Origin: Nemertoderma westbladi | Lineage: Eukaryota > Animalia > Xenacoelomorpha | Assembly: GCA_032718475.1 (NCBI GenBank) | Contig: JAUCBJ010004961.1 | Coordinates: 1 to 64,000 of the forward strand | Length of the DNA stretch: 64,000 nucleotides | Direction of reading: 5' to 3' | In this document: one piece after another, positions 22,701 to 35,888 of the stretch | Position numbering within the stretch: position 1 is the first letter of the stretch | Layout of the letters: the number at the start of each line of letters is the position of its first letter | Program-made: the position numbers and the translations under genes | Notes under the pieces: generated by a model | Databases searched by the model: none | What the model was told of the DNA's origin: nothing | What the model saw: the letters and a program-made list of their open reading frames with translations, nothing else

Positions 22701-25700
22701 CACCAACCACGGTGTAAGGCACAGAGCAAATGGAAAACTCATTTCCCCACCCACGGTGTAAGGCACAGAGCAAATAGAAAACTAATTTCCCCACCCACGG
22801 TCTAAGGCACAGAGCAAATGGAAAACTCATTTCCCCACCCACGGTGTAAGGCAGAGAGCAAATGGAAAACTCATTTCCCACCCACGGTGTAAGGCACAGA
22901 GCAAATGGAAAACTAATTTACCCACCCACGGTGTAAGCCGCAGAGCAAATGGAAAACTCATTTCCCCACCCACGGTGTAAGGCACAGAGCAAATGGAAAA
23001 CTAATTTCCCCACCCACGGTGTAAGGCACAGAGCAAATGGAAAACTCATTGCCCTACCCACGGTGTAAGGCACAGAGCAAATGGAAAACTCATTTCCCCA
23101 CCCACGGTGTAAGGCACAGAGCAAATAGAAAACTAATTTCCCCACCCATGGTGTAAGGCACAGAACAAATGGAAAACTCATTTCCCGACCCACGGTGTAA
23201 GGCACAGAGCAAATGGAAAACTCATTTCCCCACCCACGGTCTAAGGCACAGAGCAAATGGAAAACTCATTTCCCCACCCACGGTGTAAGGCAGAGAGCAA
23301 ATGGAAAACTCATTTACCCACCCACGGTGTAAGGCACAGAGCAAATGGAAAACTCATTTCCCCACCCACGGTGTAAGGCACAGAGCAAATGGAAAACTCA
23401 TTTCCCCACCCACGGTCTAAGGCACAGAGCAAATGGAAAACTCATTTCCCCACCCACGGTGTAAGGCACAGAGCAAATGGAAAACTAATTTCCCCACCCA
23501 CGGTGTAAGGCACAGAGCAAATGGAAAACTCATTTCCCCACCCATGGTGTAAGGCACAGAACAAATGGAAAACTCATTTCCCGACCCACGGTGTAAGGCA
23601 CAGAGCAAATGGAAAACTCATTTCCCCACCCACGGTCTAAGGCACAGAGCAAATGGAAAACTCATTTCCCCACCCACGGTGTAAGGCAGAGAGCAAATGG
23701 AAAACTAATTTCCCCACCCACGGTGTAAGCCGCAGAGCAAATGGAAAACTCATTTCCCCACCCACGGTGTAAGGCACAGAGCAAATGGAAAACTCATTGC
23801 CCTACCCACGGTGTAAGGCACAGAGCAAATGGAAAACTCATTGCCCTACCCACGGTGTAAGGCACAGAGCAAATGGAAAACTCATTGCCCCACCCATGGT
23901 GTAAGGCACAGAGCAAATGGAAAACTCATTTCCCCACCCACGGTGTAAGGCAGAGAGCAAATGGAAAACTCATTTCCCCACCCACGGTGTAAGCCGCAGA
24001 GCAAATGGAAAACTCATTTCCCCACCCACGGTGTAAGGCACAGAGCAAATGGAAAACTCATTGCCCTACCCACGGTGTAAGGCACAGAGCAAATGGAAAA
24101 CTCATTTCCCCACCCACGGTGTAAGGCACAGAGCAAATAGAAAACTAATTTCCCCACCCACGGTCTAAGGCACAGAGCAAATGGAAAACTCATTTCCCAC
24201 CCACGGTGTAAGGCACAGAGCAAATGGAAAACTCATTTCCCCACCCACGGTGTAAGCCGCAGAGCAAATAGAAAACTAATTTCCCCACCCACGGTCTAAG
24301 GCACAGAGCAAATGGAAAACTCATTTCCCCACCCACGGTCTAAGGCACAGAGCAAATGGAAAACTCATTTCCCCACCCACGGTGTAAGGCACAGAGCAAA
24401 TGGAAAACTCATTTCCCCACCCACGGTGTAAGGCACAGAGCAAATGGAAAACTCATTTCCCCACCCACGGTGTTAGGCAGAGAGCAAATGGAAAACTAAT
24501 TTACCCACCCACGGTGTAAGGCACAGAGCAAATGGAAAACTCATTTCCCCACCCACGGTGTAAGGCACAGAGCAAATGGAAAACTCATTTCCCCACCCAC
24601 GGTGTAAGCCGCAGAGCAAATAGAAATCTAATTTCCCCACCCACGGTCTAAGGCACAGAGCAAATGGAAAACTCATTTCCCCACCCATGGTGTAAGGCAC
24701 AGAGCAAGTAGAAAACTAATTTCCCCACCCACGGTCTAAGGCACAGAGCAAATGGAAAACTAATTTCCCGACCCACGGTGTAAGGCACAGAGCAAATGGA
24801 AAACTCATTTACCCACCCACGGTGTAAGCCGCAGAGCAAATAGAAAACTAATTTCCCGACCCACGGTGTAAGGCACAGAGCAAATGGAAAACTAATTTAC
24901 CCACCCACGGTGTAAGCCGCAGAGCAAATAGAAAACTAATTTCCCCACCCACGGTCTAAGGCACAGAGCAAATGGAAAACTAATTTCCCCACCCACGGTC
25001 TAAGGCACAGAGCAAATGGAAAACTCATTTCCCCACCCACGGTGTAAGCCGCAGAGCAAATGGAAAACTCATTTCCCCACCCACGGTGTAAGGCACAGAG
25101 CAAATAGAAAACTCATTTCCCCACCCACGGTGTAAGGCACAGAGCAAATAGAAAACTAATTTCCCCACCCACGGTGTTAGGCAGAGAGCAAATGGAAAAC
25201 TCATTTCCCCACCCACGGTGTAAGGCACAGAGCAAATGGAAAACTCATTTCCCCACCCACGGTGTAAGCCGCAGAGCAAATGGAAAACTCATTTCCCCAC
25301 CCACGGTGTAAGGCACAGAGCAAATGGAAAACTCATTTCCCCACCCACGGTGTAAGGCACAGAGCAAATAGAAAACTAATTTCCCCACCCACGGTGTTAG
25401 GCAGAGAGCAAATGGAAAACTCATTTCCCCACCCACGGTGTAAGGCACAGAGCAAATGGAAAACTCATTTCCCCACCCACGGTGTAAGCCGCAGAGCAAA
25501 TGGAAAACTAATTTCCCCACCCACGGTGTAAGGCACAGAGCAAATGGAAAACTCATTTCCCCACCCACGGTGTAAGGCACAGAGCAAATAGAAAACTAAT
25601 TTACCCACCCACGGTGTTAGGCAGAGAGCAAATGGAAAACTCATTTCACCACCCACGGTGTAAGGCACAGAGCAAATGGAAAACTCATTTCCCCACCCAC

Positions 25701-28700
25701 GGTGTAAGCCACAGAGCAAATGGAAAACTCATTTCACCACCCACGGTGTAAGGCACAGAGCAAATGGAAAACTCATTTCCCCACCCACGGTGTAAGCCAC
25801 AGAGCAAATGGAAAACTCATTTCACCACCCACGGTGTAAGGCACAGAGCAAATAGAAAACTCATTTCCCACCCACGGTGTAAGGCACAGAGCAAATGGAA
25901 AACTAATTTCACCACCCACGGTGTAAGCCACAGAGCAAATGGAAAACTCATTTCCCCACCCACGGTGTAAGCCACAGAGCAAATGGAAAACTCATTTCAC
26001 CACCCACGGTGTAAGCCACAGAGCAAATGGAAAACTCATTTCCCCACCCACGGTGTAAGGCACAGAGCAAATGGAAAACTCATTTCCCCACCCACGGTGT
26101 AAGGCACAGAGCAAATGGAAAACTCATTTCCCCACCCACGGTGTAAGGCACAGAGCAAATGGAAAACTCATTTCCCCACCCACGGTCTAAGGCACAGAGC
26201 AAATGGAAAACTCATTTCCCCACCCACGGTGTAAGGCACAGAGCAAATGGAAAACTTATTTCCCCACCCACGGTGTAAGGCGCAGAGCAAAAGGAAAACT
26301 CATTTCCCCACCCACGGTGTAAGGCACAGAGCAAATAGAAAACTAATTTACCCACCCACGGTGTTAGGCAGAGAGCAAATGGAAAACTCATTTCACCACC
26401 CACGGTGTAAGGCACAGAGCAAATGGAAAACTCATTTCCCCACCCACGGTGTAAGCCACAGAGCAAATGGAAAACTCATTTCACCACCCACGGTGTAAGG
26501 CACAGAGCAAATGGAAAACTCATTTCCCCACCCACGGTGTAAGCCACAGAGCAAATGGAAAACTCATTTCACCACCCACGGTGTAAGGCACAGAGCAAAT
26601 AGAAAACTCATTTCCCACCCACGGTGTAAGGCACAGAGCAAATGGAAAACTAATTTCACCACCCACGGTGTAAGCCACAGAGCAAATGGAAAACTCATTT
26701 CCCCACCCACGGTGTAAGCCGCAGAGCAAATGGAAAACTAATTTCCCCACCCACGGTGTAAGGCACAGAGCAAATGGAAAACTCATTTCCCCACCCACGG
26801 TGTAAGGCACAGAGCAAATAGAAAACTAATTTACCCACCCACGGTGTTAGGCAGAGAGCAAATGGAAAACTCATTTCACCACCCACGGTGTAAGGCACAG
26901 AACAAATGGAAAACTCATTTCCCGACCCACGGTGTAAGGCACAGAGCAAATGGAAAACTCATTTCCCCACCCACGGTCTAAGGCACAGAGCAAATGGAAA
27001 ACTCATTTCCCCACCCACGGTGTAAGGCAGAGAGCAAATGGAAAACTCATTTACCCACCCACGGTGTAAGGCACAGAGCAAATGGAAAACTCATTTCCCC
27101 ACCCACGGTCTAAGGCACAGAGCAAATGGAAAACTCATTTCCCCACCCACGGTGTAAGGCACAGAGCAAATGGAAAACTAATTTCCCCACCCACGGTGTA
27201 AGGCACAGAGCAAATGGAAAACTCATTTCCCCACCCACGGTGTAAGGCAGAGAGCAAATGGAAAACTCATTTACCCACCCACGGTGTAAGGCACAGAGCA
27301 AATGGAAAACTCATTTCCCCACCCACGGTGTAAGGCACAGAGCAAATGGAAAACTCATTTCCCCACCCACGGTCTAAGGCACAGAGCAAATGGAAAACTC
27401 ATTTCCCCACCCACGGTGTAAGGCACAGAGCAAATGGAAAACTAATTTCCCCACCCACGGTGTAAGGCACAGAGCAAATGGAAAACTCATTTCCCCACCC
27501 ATGGTGTAAGGCACAGAACAAATGGAAAACTCATTTCCCGACCCACGGTGTAAGGCACAGAGCAAATGGAAAACTCATTTCCCCACCCACGGTCTAAGGC
27601 ACAGAGCAAATGGAAAACTCATTTCCCCACCCACGGTGTAAGGCAGAGAGCAAATGGAAAACTAATTTCCCCACCCACGGTGTAAGGCACAGAGCAAATG
27701 GAAAACTCATTTCCCCACCCACGGTGTAAGGCAGAGAGCAAATGGAAAACTCATTTCCCCACCCACGGTGTAAGCCGCAGAGCAAATGGAAAACTCATTT
27801 CCCCACCCACGGTGTAAGGCACAGAGCAAATGGAAAACTCATTGCCCTACCCACGGTGTAAGGCACAGAGCAAATGGAAAACTCATTTCCCCACCCACGG
27901 TGTAAGGCACAGAGCAAATAGAAAACTAATTTCCCCACCCACGGTCTAAGGCACAGAGCAAATGGAAAACTCATTTCCCACCCACGGTGTAAGGCACAGA
28001 GCAAATGGAAAACTCATTTCCCCACCCACGGTGTAAGCCGCAGAGCAAATAGAAAACTAATTTCCCCACCCACGGTCTAAGGCACAGAGCAAATGGAAAA
28101 CTCATTTCCCCACCCACGGTCTAAGGCACAGAGCAAATGGAAAACTCATTTCCCCACCCACGGTGTAAGGCACAGAGCAAATGGAAAACTCATTTCCCCA
28201 CCCACGGTGTAAGGCACAGAGCAAATGGAAAACTCATTTCCCCACCCACGGTGTTAGGCAGAGAGCAAATGGAAAACTAATTTACCCACCCACGGTGTAA
28301 GGCACAGAGCAAATGGAAAACTCATTTCCCCACCCACGGTGTAAGGCACAGAGCAAATGGAAAACTCATTTCCCCACCCACGGTGTAAGCCGCAGAGCAA
28401 ATAGAAATCTAATTTCCCCACCCACGGTCTAAGGCACAGAGCAAATGGAAAACTCATTTCCCCACCCATGGTGTAAGGCACAGAGCAAGTAGAAAACTAA
28501 TTTCCCCACCCACGGTGTAAGGCACAGAGCAAATGGAAAACTAATTTACCCACCCACGGTGTAAGCCGCAGAGCAAATAGAAAACTAATTTCCCCACCCA
28601 CGGTCTAAGGCACAGAGCAAATGGAAAACTAATTTCCCCACCCACGGTCTAAGGCACAGAGCAAATGGAAAACTCATTTCCCCACCCACGGTGTAAGCCG

Positions 28701-31700
28701 CAGAGCAAATGGAAAACTCATTTCCCCACCCACGGTGTAAGGCACAGAGCAAATAGAAAACTCATTTCCCCACCCACGGTGTAAGGCACAGAGCAAATAG
28801 AAAACTAATTTCCCCACCCACGGTGTTAGGCAGAGAGCAAATGGAAAACTCATTTCCCCACCCACGGTGTAAGGCACAGAGCAAATGGAAAACTCATTTC
28901 CCCACCCACGGTGTAAGCCGCAGAGCAAATGGAAAACTCATTTCCCCACCCACGGTGTAAGGCACAGAGCAAATGGAAAACTCATTTCCCCACCCACGGT
29001 GTAAGGCACAGAGCAAATAGAAAACTAATTTCCCCACCCACGGTGTTAGGCAGAGAGCAAATGGAAAACTCATTTCCCCACCCACGGTGTAAGGCACAGA
29101 GCAAATGGAAAACTCATTTCCCCACCCACGGTGTAAGCCGCAGAGCAAATGGAAAACTAATTTCCCCACCCACGGTGTAAGGCACAGAGCAAATGGAAAA
29201 CTCATTTCCCCACCCACGGTGTAAGGCACAGAGCAAATAGAAAACTAATTTACCCACCCACGGTGTTAGGCAGAGAGCAAATGGAAAACTCATTTCACCA
29301 CCCACGGTGTAAGGCACAGAGCAAATGGAAAACTCATTTCCCCACCCACGGTGTAAGCCACAGAGCAAATGGAAAACTCATTTCACCACCCACGGTGTAA
29401 GGCACAGAGCAAATGGAAAACTCATTTCCCCACCCACGGTGTAAGCCACAGAGCAAATGGAAAACTCATTTCACCACCCACGGTGTAAGGCACAGAGCAA
29501 ATAGAAAACTCATTTCCCACCCACGGTGTAAGGCACAGAGCAAATGGAAAACTAATTTCACCACCCACGGTGTAAGCCACAGAGCAAATGGAAAACTCAT
29601 TTCCCCACCCACGGTGTAAGCCACAGAGCAAATGGAAAACTCATTTCACCACCCACGGTGTAAGCCACAGAGCAAATGGAAAACTCATTTCCCCACCCAC
29701 GGTGTAAGGCACAGAGCAAATGGAAAACTCATTTCCCCACCCACGGTGTAAGGCACAGAGCAAATGGAAAACTCATTTCCCCACCCACGGTGTAAGGCAC
29801 AGAGCAAATGGAAAACTCATTTCCCCACCCACGGTCTAAGGCACAGAGCAAATGGAAAACTCATTTCCCCACCCACGGTGTAAGGCACAGAGCAAATGGA
29901 AAACTTATTTCCCCACCCACGGTGTAAGGCGCAGAGCAAAAGGAAAACTCATTTCCCCACCCACGGTGTAAGGCACAGAGCAAATAGAAAACTAATTTAC
30001 CCACCCACGGTGTTAGGCAGAGAGCAAATGGAAAACTCATTTCACCACCCACGGTGTAAGGCACAGAGCAAATGGAAAACTCATTTCCCCACCCACGGTG
30101 TAAGCCACAGAGCAAATGGAAAACTCATTTCACCACCCACGGTGTAAGGCACAGAGCAAATGGAAAACTCATTTCCCCACCCACGGTGTAAGCCACAGAG
30201 CAAATGGAAAACTCATTTCACCACCCACGGTGTAAGGCACAGAGCAAATAGAAAACTCATTTCCCACCCACGGTGTAAGGCACAGAGCAAATGGAAAACT
30301 AATTTCACCACCCACGGTGTAAGCCACAGAGCAAATGGAAAACTCATTTCCCCACCCACGGTGTAAGCCACAGAGCAAATGGAAAACTCATTTCACCACC
30401 CACGGTGTAAGCCACAGAGCAAATGGAAAACTCATTTCCCCACCCACGGTGTAAGGCACAGAGCAAATGGAAAACTCATTTCCCCACCCACGGTGTAAGG
30501 CACAGAGCAAATGGAAAACTCATTTCCCCACCCACGGTGTAAGGCACAGAGCAAATGGAAAACTCATTTCCCCACCCACGGTCTAAGGCACAGAGCAAAT
30601 GGAAAACTCATTTCCCCACCCACGGTGTAAGGCACAGAGCAAATGGAAAACTCATTTCCCCACCCACGGTGTAAGCCGCAGAGCAAATGGAAAACTAATT
30701 TCCCCACCCACGGTGTAAGGCGCAGAGCAAATGGAAAACTCATTTCCCCACCCACGGTCTAAGGCACAGAGCAAATGGAAAACTCATTTCCCCACCCACG
30801 GTGTAAGCCGCAGAGCAAATGGAAAACTAATTTCCCCACCCACGGTGTAAGCCGCAGAGCAAATGGAAAACTAATTTCCCCACCCACGGTGTAAGCCGCA
30901 GAGCAAATGGAAAACTCATTTCCCCACCCACGGTGTAAGGCGCAGAGCAAATGGAAAACTCATTTCCCCACCCACGGTGTAAGGCAGAGAGCAAAAGGAA
31001 AACTCATTTCCCCACCCACGGTGTAAGGCACAGAGCAAATGGAAAACTAATTTCCCCACCCACGGTGTAAGGCACAGAGCAAATGGAAAACTCATTTCCC
31101 CACCCACGGTCTAAGGCACAGAGCAAATGGAAAACTCATTTCCCCACCCACGGTGTAAGGCACAGAGCAAATGGAAAACTTATTTCCCCACCCACGGTGT
31201 AAGGCACAGAGCAAATGGAAAACTAATTTCCCCACCCACGGTCTAAGGCACAGAGCAAATGGAAAACTCATTTCCCCACCCACGGTGTAAGGCACAGAGC
31301 AAATGGAAAACTCATTTCCCCACCCACGGTGTAAGGCACAGAGCAAATGGAAAACTAATTTCCCCACCCACGGTCTAAGGCACAGAGCAAATGGAAAACT
31401 CATTTCCCCACCCACGGTGTAAGGCACAGAGCAAATGGAAAACTCATTTCCCCACCCACGGTGTAAGCCGCAGAGCAAATGGAAAACTAATTTCCCCACC
31501 CACGGTGTAAGGCGCAGAGCAAATGGAAAACTCATTTCCCCACCCACGGTGTAAGGCAGAGAGCAAAAGGAAAACTCATTTCCCCACCCACGGTGTAAGG
31601 CACAGAGCAAATGGAAAACTCATTTCCCCACCCACGGTGTAAGGCACAGAGCAAATGGAAAACTTATTTCCCCACCCACGGTGTAAGGCGCAGAGCAAAT

Positions 31701-34700
31701 GGAAAACTCATTTCCCCACCCACGGTCTAAGGCACAGAGCAAATGGAAAACTAATTTCCCGACCCACGCTGTAAGGCACAGAGCAAATGGAAAACTCATT
31801 TCCCCACCCACGGTCTAAGGCACAGAGCAAATGGAAAACTAATTTCCCGACCCACGGTGTAAGGCACAGAGCAAATGGAAAACTCATTTCCCCACCCACG
31901 GTCTAAGGCACAGAGCAAATGGAAAACTAATTTCCCGACCCACGCTGTAAGGCACAGAGCAAATGGAAAACTCATTTCACCACCCACGGTGTAAGGCACA
32001 GAGCAAATGGAAAACTCATTGCCCCACCCACGGTGTAAGGCACAGAGCAAATGGAAAACTCATTTCCCCACCCACGGTGTAAGGCACAGAGCAAATGGAA
32101 AACTAATTTACCCACCCACGGTGTAAGGCAGAGAGCAAATGGAAAACTCATTTCCCCACCCACGGTGTAAGGCACAGAGCAAATAGAAAACTAATTTCCC
32201 CACCCACGGTGTAAGGCACAGAGCAAATGGAAAACTTATTTCCCCACCCACGGTGTAAGGCACAGAGCAAATGGAAAACTAATTTACCCACCCACGGTGT
32301 AAGGCACAGAGCAAATAGAAAACTCATTTCCCCACCCACGGTGTAAGGCACAGAGCAAATGGAAAACTAATTTACCCACCCACGGTGTAAGGCAGAGAGC
32401 AAATGGAAAACTCATTTCCCCACCCACGGTGTAAGGCACAGAGCAAATAGAAAACTAATTTACCCACCCACGGTGTAAGGCACAGAGCAAATGGAAAACT
32501 CATTTCCCACCCACGGTGTAAGGCACAGAGCAAATAGAAAACTAATTTCCCCACCCACGGTGTAAGGCACAGAGCAAATGGAAAACTTATTTCCCCACCC
32601 ACGGTGTAAGGCACAGAGCAAATGGAAAACTTATTTCCCCACCCACGGTGTAAGGCGCAGAGCAAATGGAAAACTCATTTACCCACCCACGGTGTAAGGC
32701 ACAGAGCAAATAGAAAACTAATTTCCCCACCCACGGTGTAAGCCGCAGAGCAAATGGAAAACTCATTTCCCCACCCACGGTGTTAGGCAGAGAGCAAATG
32801 GAAAACTCATTTCACCACCCACGGTGTAAGGCACAGAGCAAATGGAAAACTCATTTCCCCACCCACGGTGTAAGCCGCAGAGCAAATGGAAAACTCATTT
32901 CCCCACCCACGGTGTAAGCCGCAGAGCAAATGGAAAACTCATTTCCCCACCCACGGTGTAAGCCGCAGAGCAAATGGAAAACTCATTTCCCCACCCACGG
33001 TGTTAGGCAGAGAGCAAATGGAAAACTCATTTCCCCACCCACGGTGTTAGGCAGAGAGCAAATGGAAAACTCATTTCACCACCCACGGTGTAAGGCACAG
33101 AGCAAATGGAAAACTCATTTCCCCACCCACGGTGTAAGGCACAGAGCAAATGGAAAACTCATTTCACCACCCACGGTGTAAGGCACAGAGCAAATGGAAA
33201 ACTCATTTCCCCACCCACGGTGTAAGGCACAGAGCAAATGGAAAACTCATTTCCCCACCCACGGTGTAAGCCGCAGAGCAAATGGAAAACTCATTTCCCC
33301 ACCCACGGTGTAAGGCACAGAGCAAATGGAAAACTCATTTCCCCACCCACGGTGTAAGCCGCAGAGCAAATGGAAAACTCATTTCACCACCCACGGTGTA
33401 AGGCGCAGAGCAAATGGAAAACTCATTTCCCCACCCACGGTGTAAGCCGCAGAGCAAATGGAAAACTCATTTCCCCACCCACGGTGTAAGGCACAGAGCA
33501 AATGGAAAACTCATTGCCCCACCCACGGTGTAAGGCACAGAGCAAATGGAAAACTCATTTCACCACCCACGGTGTAAGGCACAGAGCAAATGGAAAACTC
33601 ATTTCCCCACCCACGGTGTAAGGCACAGAGCAAATGGAAAACTCATTTCCCCACCCACGGTGTAAGCCGCAGAGCAAATGGAAAACTCATTTCACCACCC
33701 ACGGTGTAAGGCACAGAGCAAATGGAAAACTCATTTCCCCACCCACGGTGTAAGGCACAGAGCAAATGGAAAACTCATTTCCCCACCCACGGTGTAAGCC
33801 GCAGAGCAAATGGAAAACTCATTTCCCCACCCACGGTGTAAGGCACAGAGCAAATGGAAAACTCATTTCCCCACCCACGGTGTAAGGCACAGAGCAAATG
33901 GAAAACTAATTTCCCCACCCACGGTGTAAGGCACAGAGCAAATGGAAAACTCATTTCACCACCCACGGTGTAAGGCACAGAGCAAATGGAAAACTCATTT
34001 CCCCACCCACGGTGTAAGGCACAGAGCAAATGGAAAACTCATTTCCCCACCCACGGTGTAAGGCACAGAGCAAATGAAAAACTCATTTCCCCACCCACGG
34101 TGTAAGGCACAGAGCAAATGGAAAACTCATTTCCCACCCACGGTGTAAGGCACAGAGCAAATGGAAAACTCATTTCCCCACCCACGGTCTAAGGCACAGA
34201 GCAAATGGAAAACTCATTTCCCCACCCACGGTGTAAGGCACAGAGCAAATGGAAAACTCATTTCCCCACCCACGGTGTAAGGCACAGAGCAAATGGAAAA
34301 CTCATTTCCCCACCCACGGTCTAAGGCACAGAGCAAATGGAAAACTCATTTCCCCACCCACGGTGTAAGGCAGAGAGCAAATGGAAAACTCATTTCCCCA
34401 CCCACGGTGTAAGGCACAGAGCAAATGGAAAACTCATTTCCCCACCCACGGTGTAAGGCACAGAGCAAATGGAAAACTCATTTCCCCACGCACGGTGTAA
34501 GGCACAGAGCAAATGGAAAACTCATTTCCCCACCCACGGTGTAAGCCGCAGAGCAAATGGAAAACTAATTGCCCCACCCACGGTGTAAGGCACAGAGCAA
34601 ATAGAAAACTCATTTCCCCACCCACGGTGTAAGGCAGAGAGCAAATGGAAAACTCATTTCCCCACCCACGGTGTAAGGCACAGAGCAAATGGAAAACTCA

Positions 34701-34845
34701 TTTCCCCACCCACGGTGTAAGGCACAGAGCAAATGGAAAACTCATTTCCCCACGCACGGTGTAAGGCACAGAGCAAATGGAAAACTCATTTCCCCACCCA
34801 CGGTGTAAGCCGCAGAGCAAATGGAAAACTCATTTCCCCACCCAC
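16774..34845. repeat. 44-bp satellite array, segment 2 (~410 monomers)
   Basis: Same monomer and orientation. It resumes in register after the TSD. Confidence 0.99.
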
Positions 34846-35888
34846 TACTACTACTAGGATCGGCATGCTGCATTGCAGCTGCATTTTTAAGAATGCTGTG
34901 CCGGCTTGTCAACAAAATTGCACCGCCACAACTCCCTATCACCCATGACATTTGCTAGATCACCCGCATCTTTAAGGCCAGTGTCCTTTAAGATGCGTCT
35001 CAAGAAAGTCATGGGCTGTCCACCATGCTTATTCACTCCATGAGGCTGCCAAAGTACAAGATTATGCACTGGCTGGTCCTCACGGCGAAAGCAATGTCCT
35101 GCAAAGCGGAGGCGATTTTGTTCTAGTGTAAAGCTTGGGGGAACCAATGAGACACCTCCAATGTTATATAGTGTCTGGTTGGAGATGTGTGCATTGTACT
35201 TGACACAATGAACCCGGCGTAGCATTCTTGTGAATGTGCCATCCAGAGATTTGGTGTCCTCAGCAGTTAGAGCCCAGCATGGACTCCCGTAGAGGAGTAC
35301 TGGAACTACTGCTGCTCTAAATAATCGGACCTTAAGTTTCCGATTAATTCTCGGTGACTTCCAAATCCTGGAAAGCCTATTCAAGGCTGCCCATGCCTTT
35401 CCCTTACGTATTCGAAGGTCCTCACCTGACTTCCGGATCCATGATCCCAGGTAACAGAAGTCGTCGACATGCTCAAGCATACCATCCTTTGAGCTTATGC
35501 TCATCCGATCACAGACTTGCTGAGGACTTTCAAAGTTAACTGTCAGAATTTTGGTCTTTCTGGAGTTAATAAAAAGACCAACACTAGAAGCAGCATGTTC
35601 TAATGAGCTGAGGAGCCGTTGGGCTCCCTCTAATGATTCTGAGAGTACTCCTAAGTCATCAGCAAAGTCTAGATCAGTTAGGTACTTGGCAGGATTTCCT
35701 CGACTTCTGGAGCCAGTAGGTGGAGTTATCATCACCCCATCATCATTATGCTGATCTAAGGACATGCGTAGAACATAGTCAACCACAATAATGAATAAGA
35801 ATGGTGCAAGTGTGTCTCCTTGGAGGACGCCCCATAACACTTCAAATGGTTCTGTGTCACCGTCAACAGTAGACACAAATGTTGTCGA
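34846..35888 (-). mobile_element. 5'-truncated RTE-clade non-LTR retrotransposon (~1.04 kb)
   Basis: RT ORF fragment, 30-bp 3' UTR and (TAG)4 tail on the minus strand (CTACTACTACTA, 34845-34856). Inserted at CCCAC|GGTG of a monomer with at most a 2-bp (AC) duplication or microhomology. Confidence 0.93.
34887..35888 (-). pseudogene. Reverse transcriptase C-terminal fragment (333 uninterrupted codons), RTE-type LINE ORF
   Basis: Motifs GVLQGDTLAPFLFIIVVDYVLR, LTDLDFADD (catalytic), GLFINSRKTK, FCYLGS, KVRLFRAAVVPVLLYG and RLRFAGHCFRR are characteristic of RTE-clade RTs. The endonuclease and N-terminal RT are missing and there is no element-derived start codon. Confidence 0.93.
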
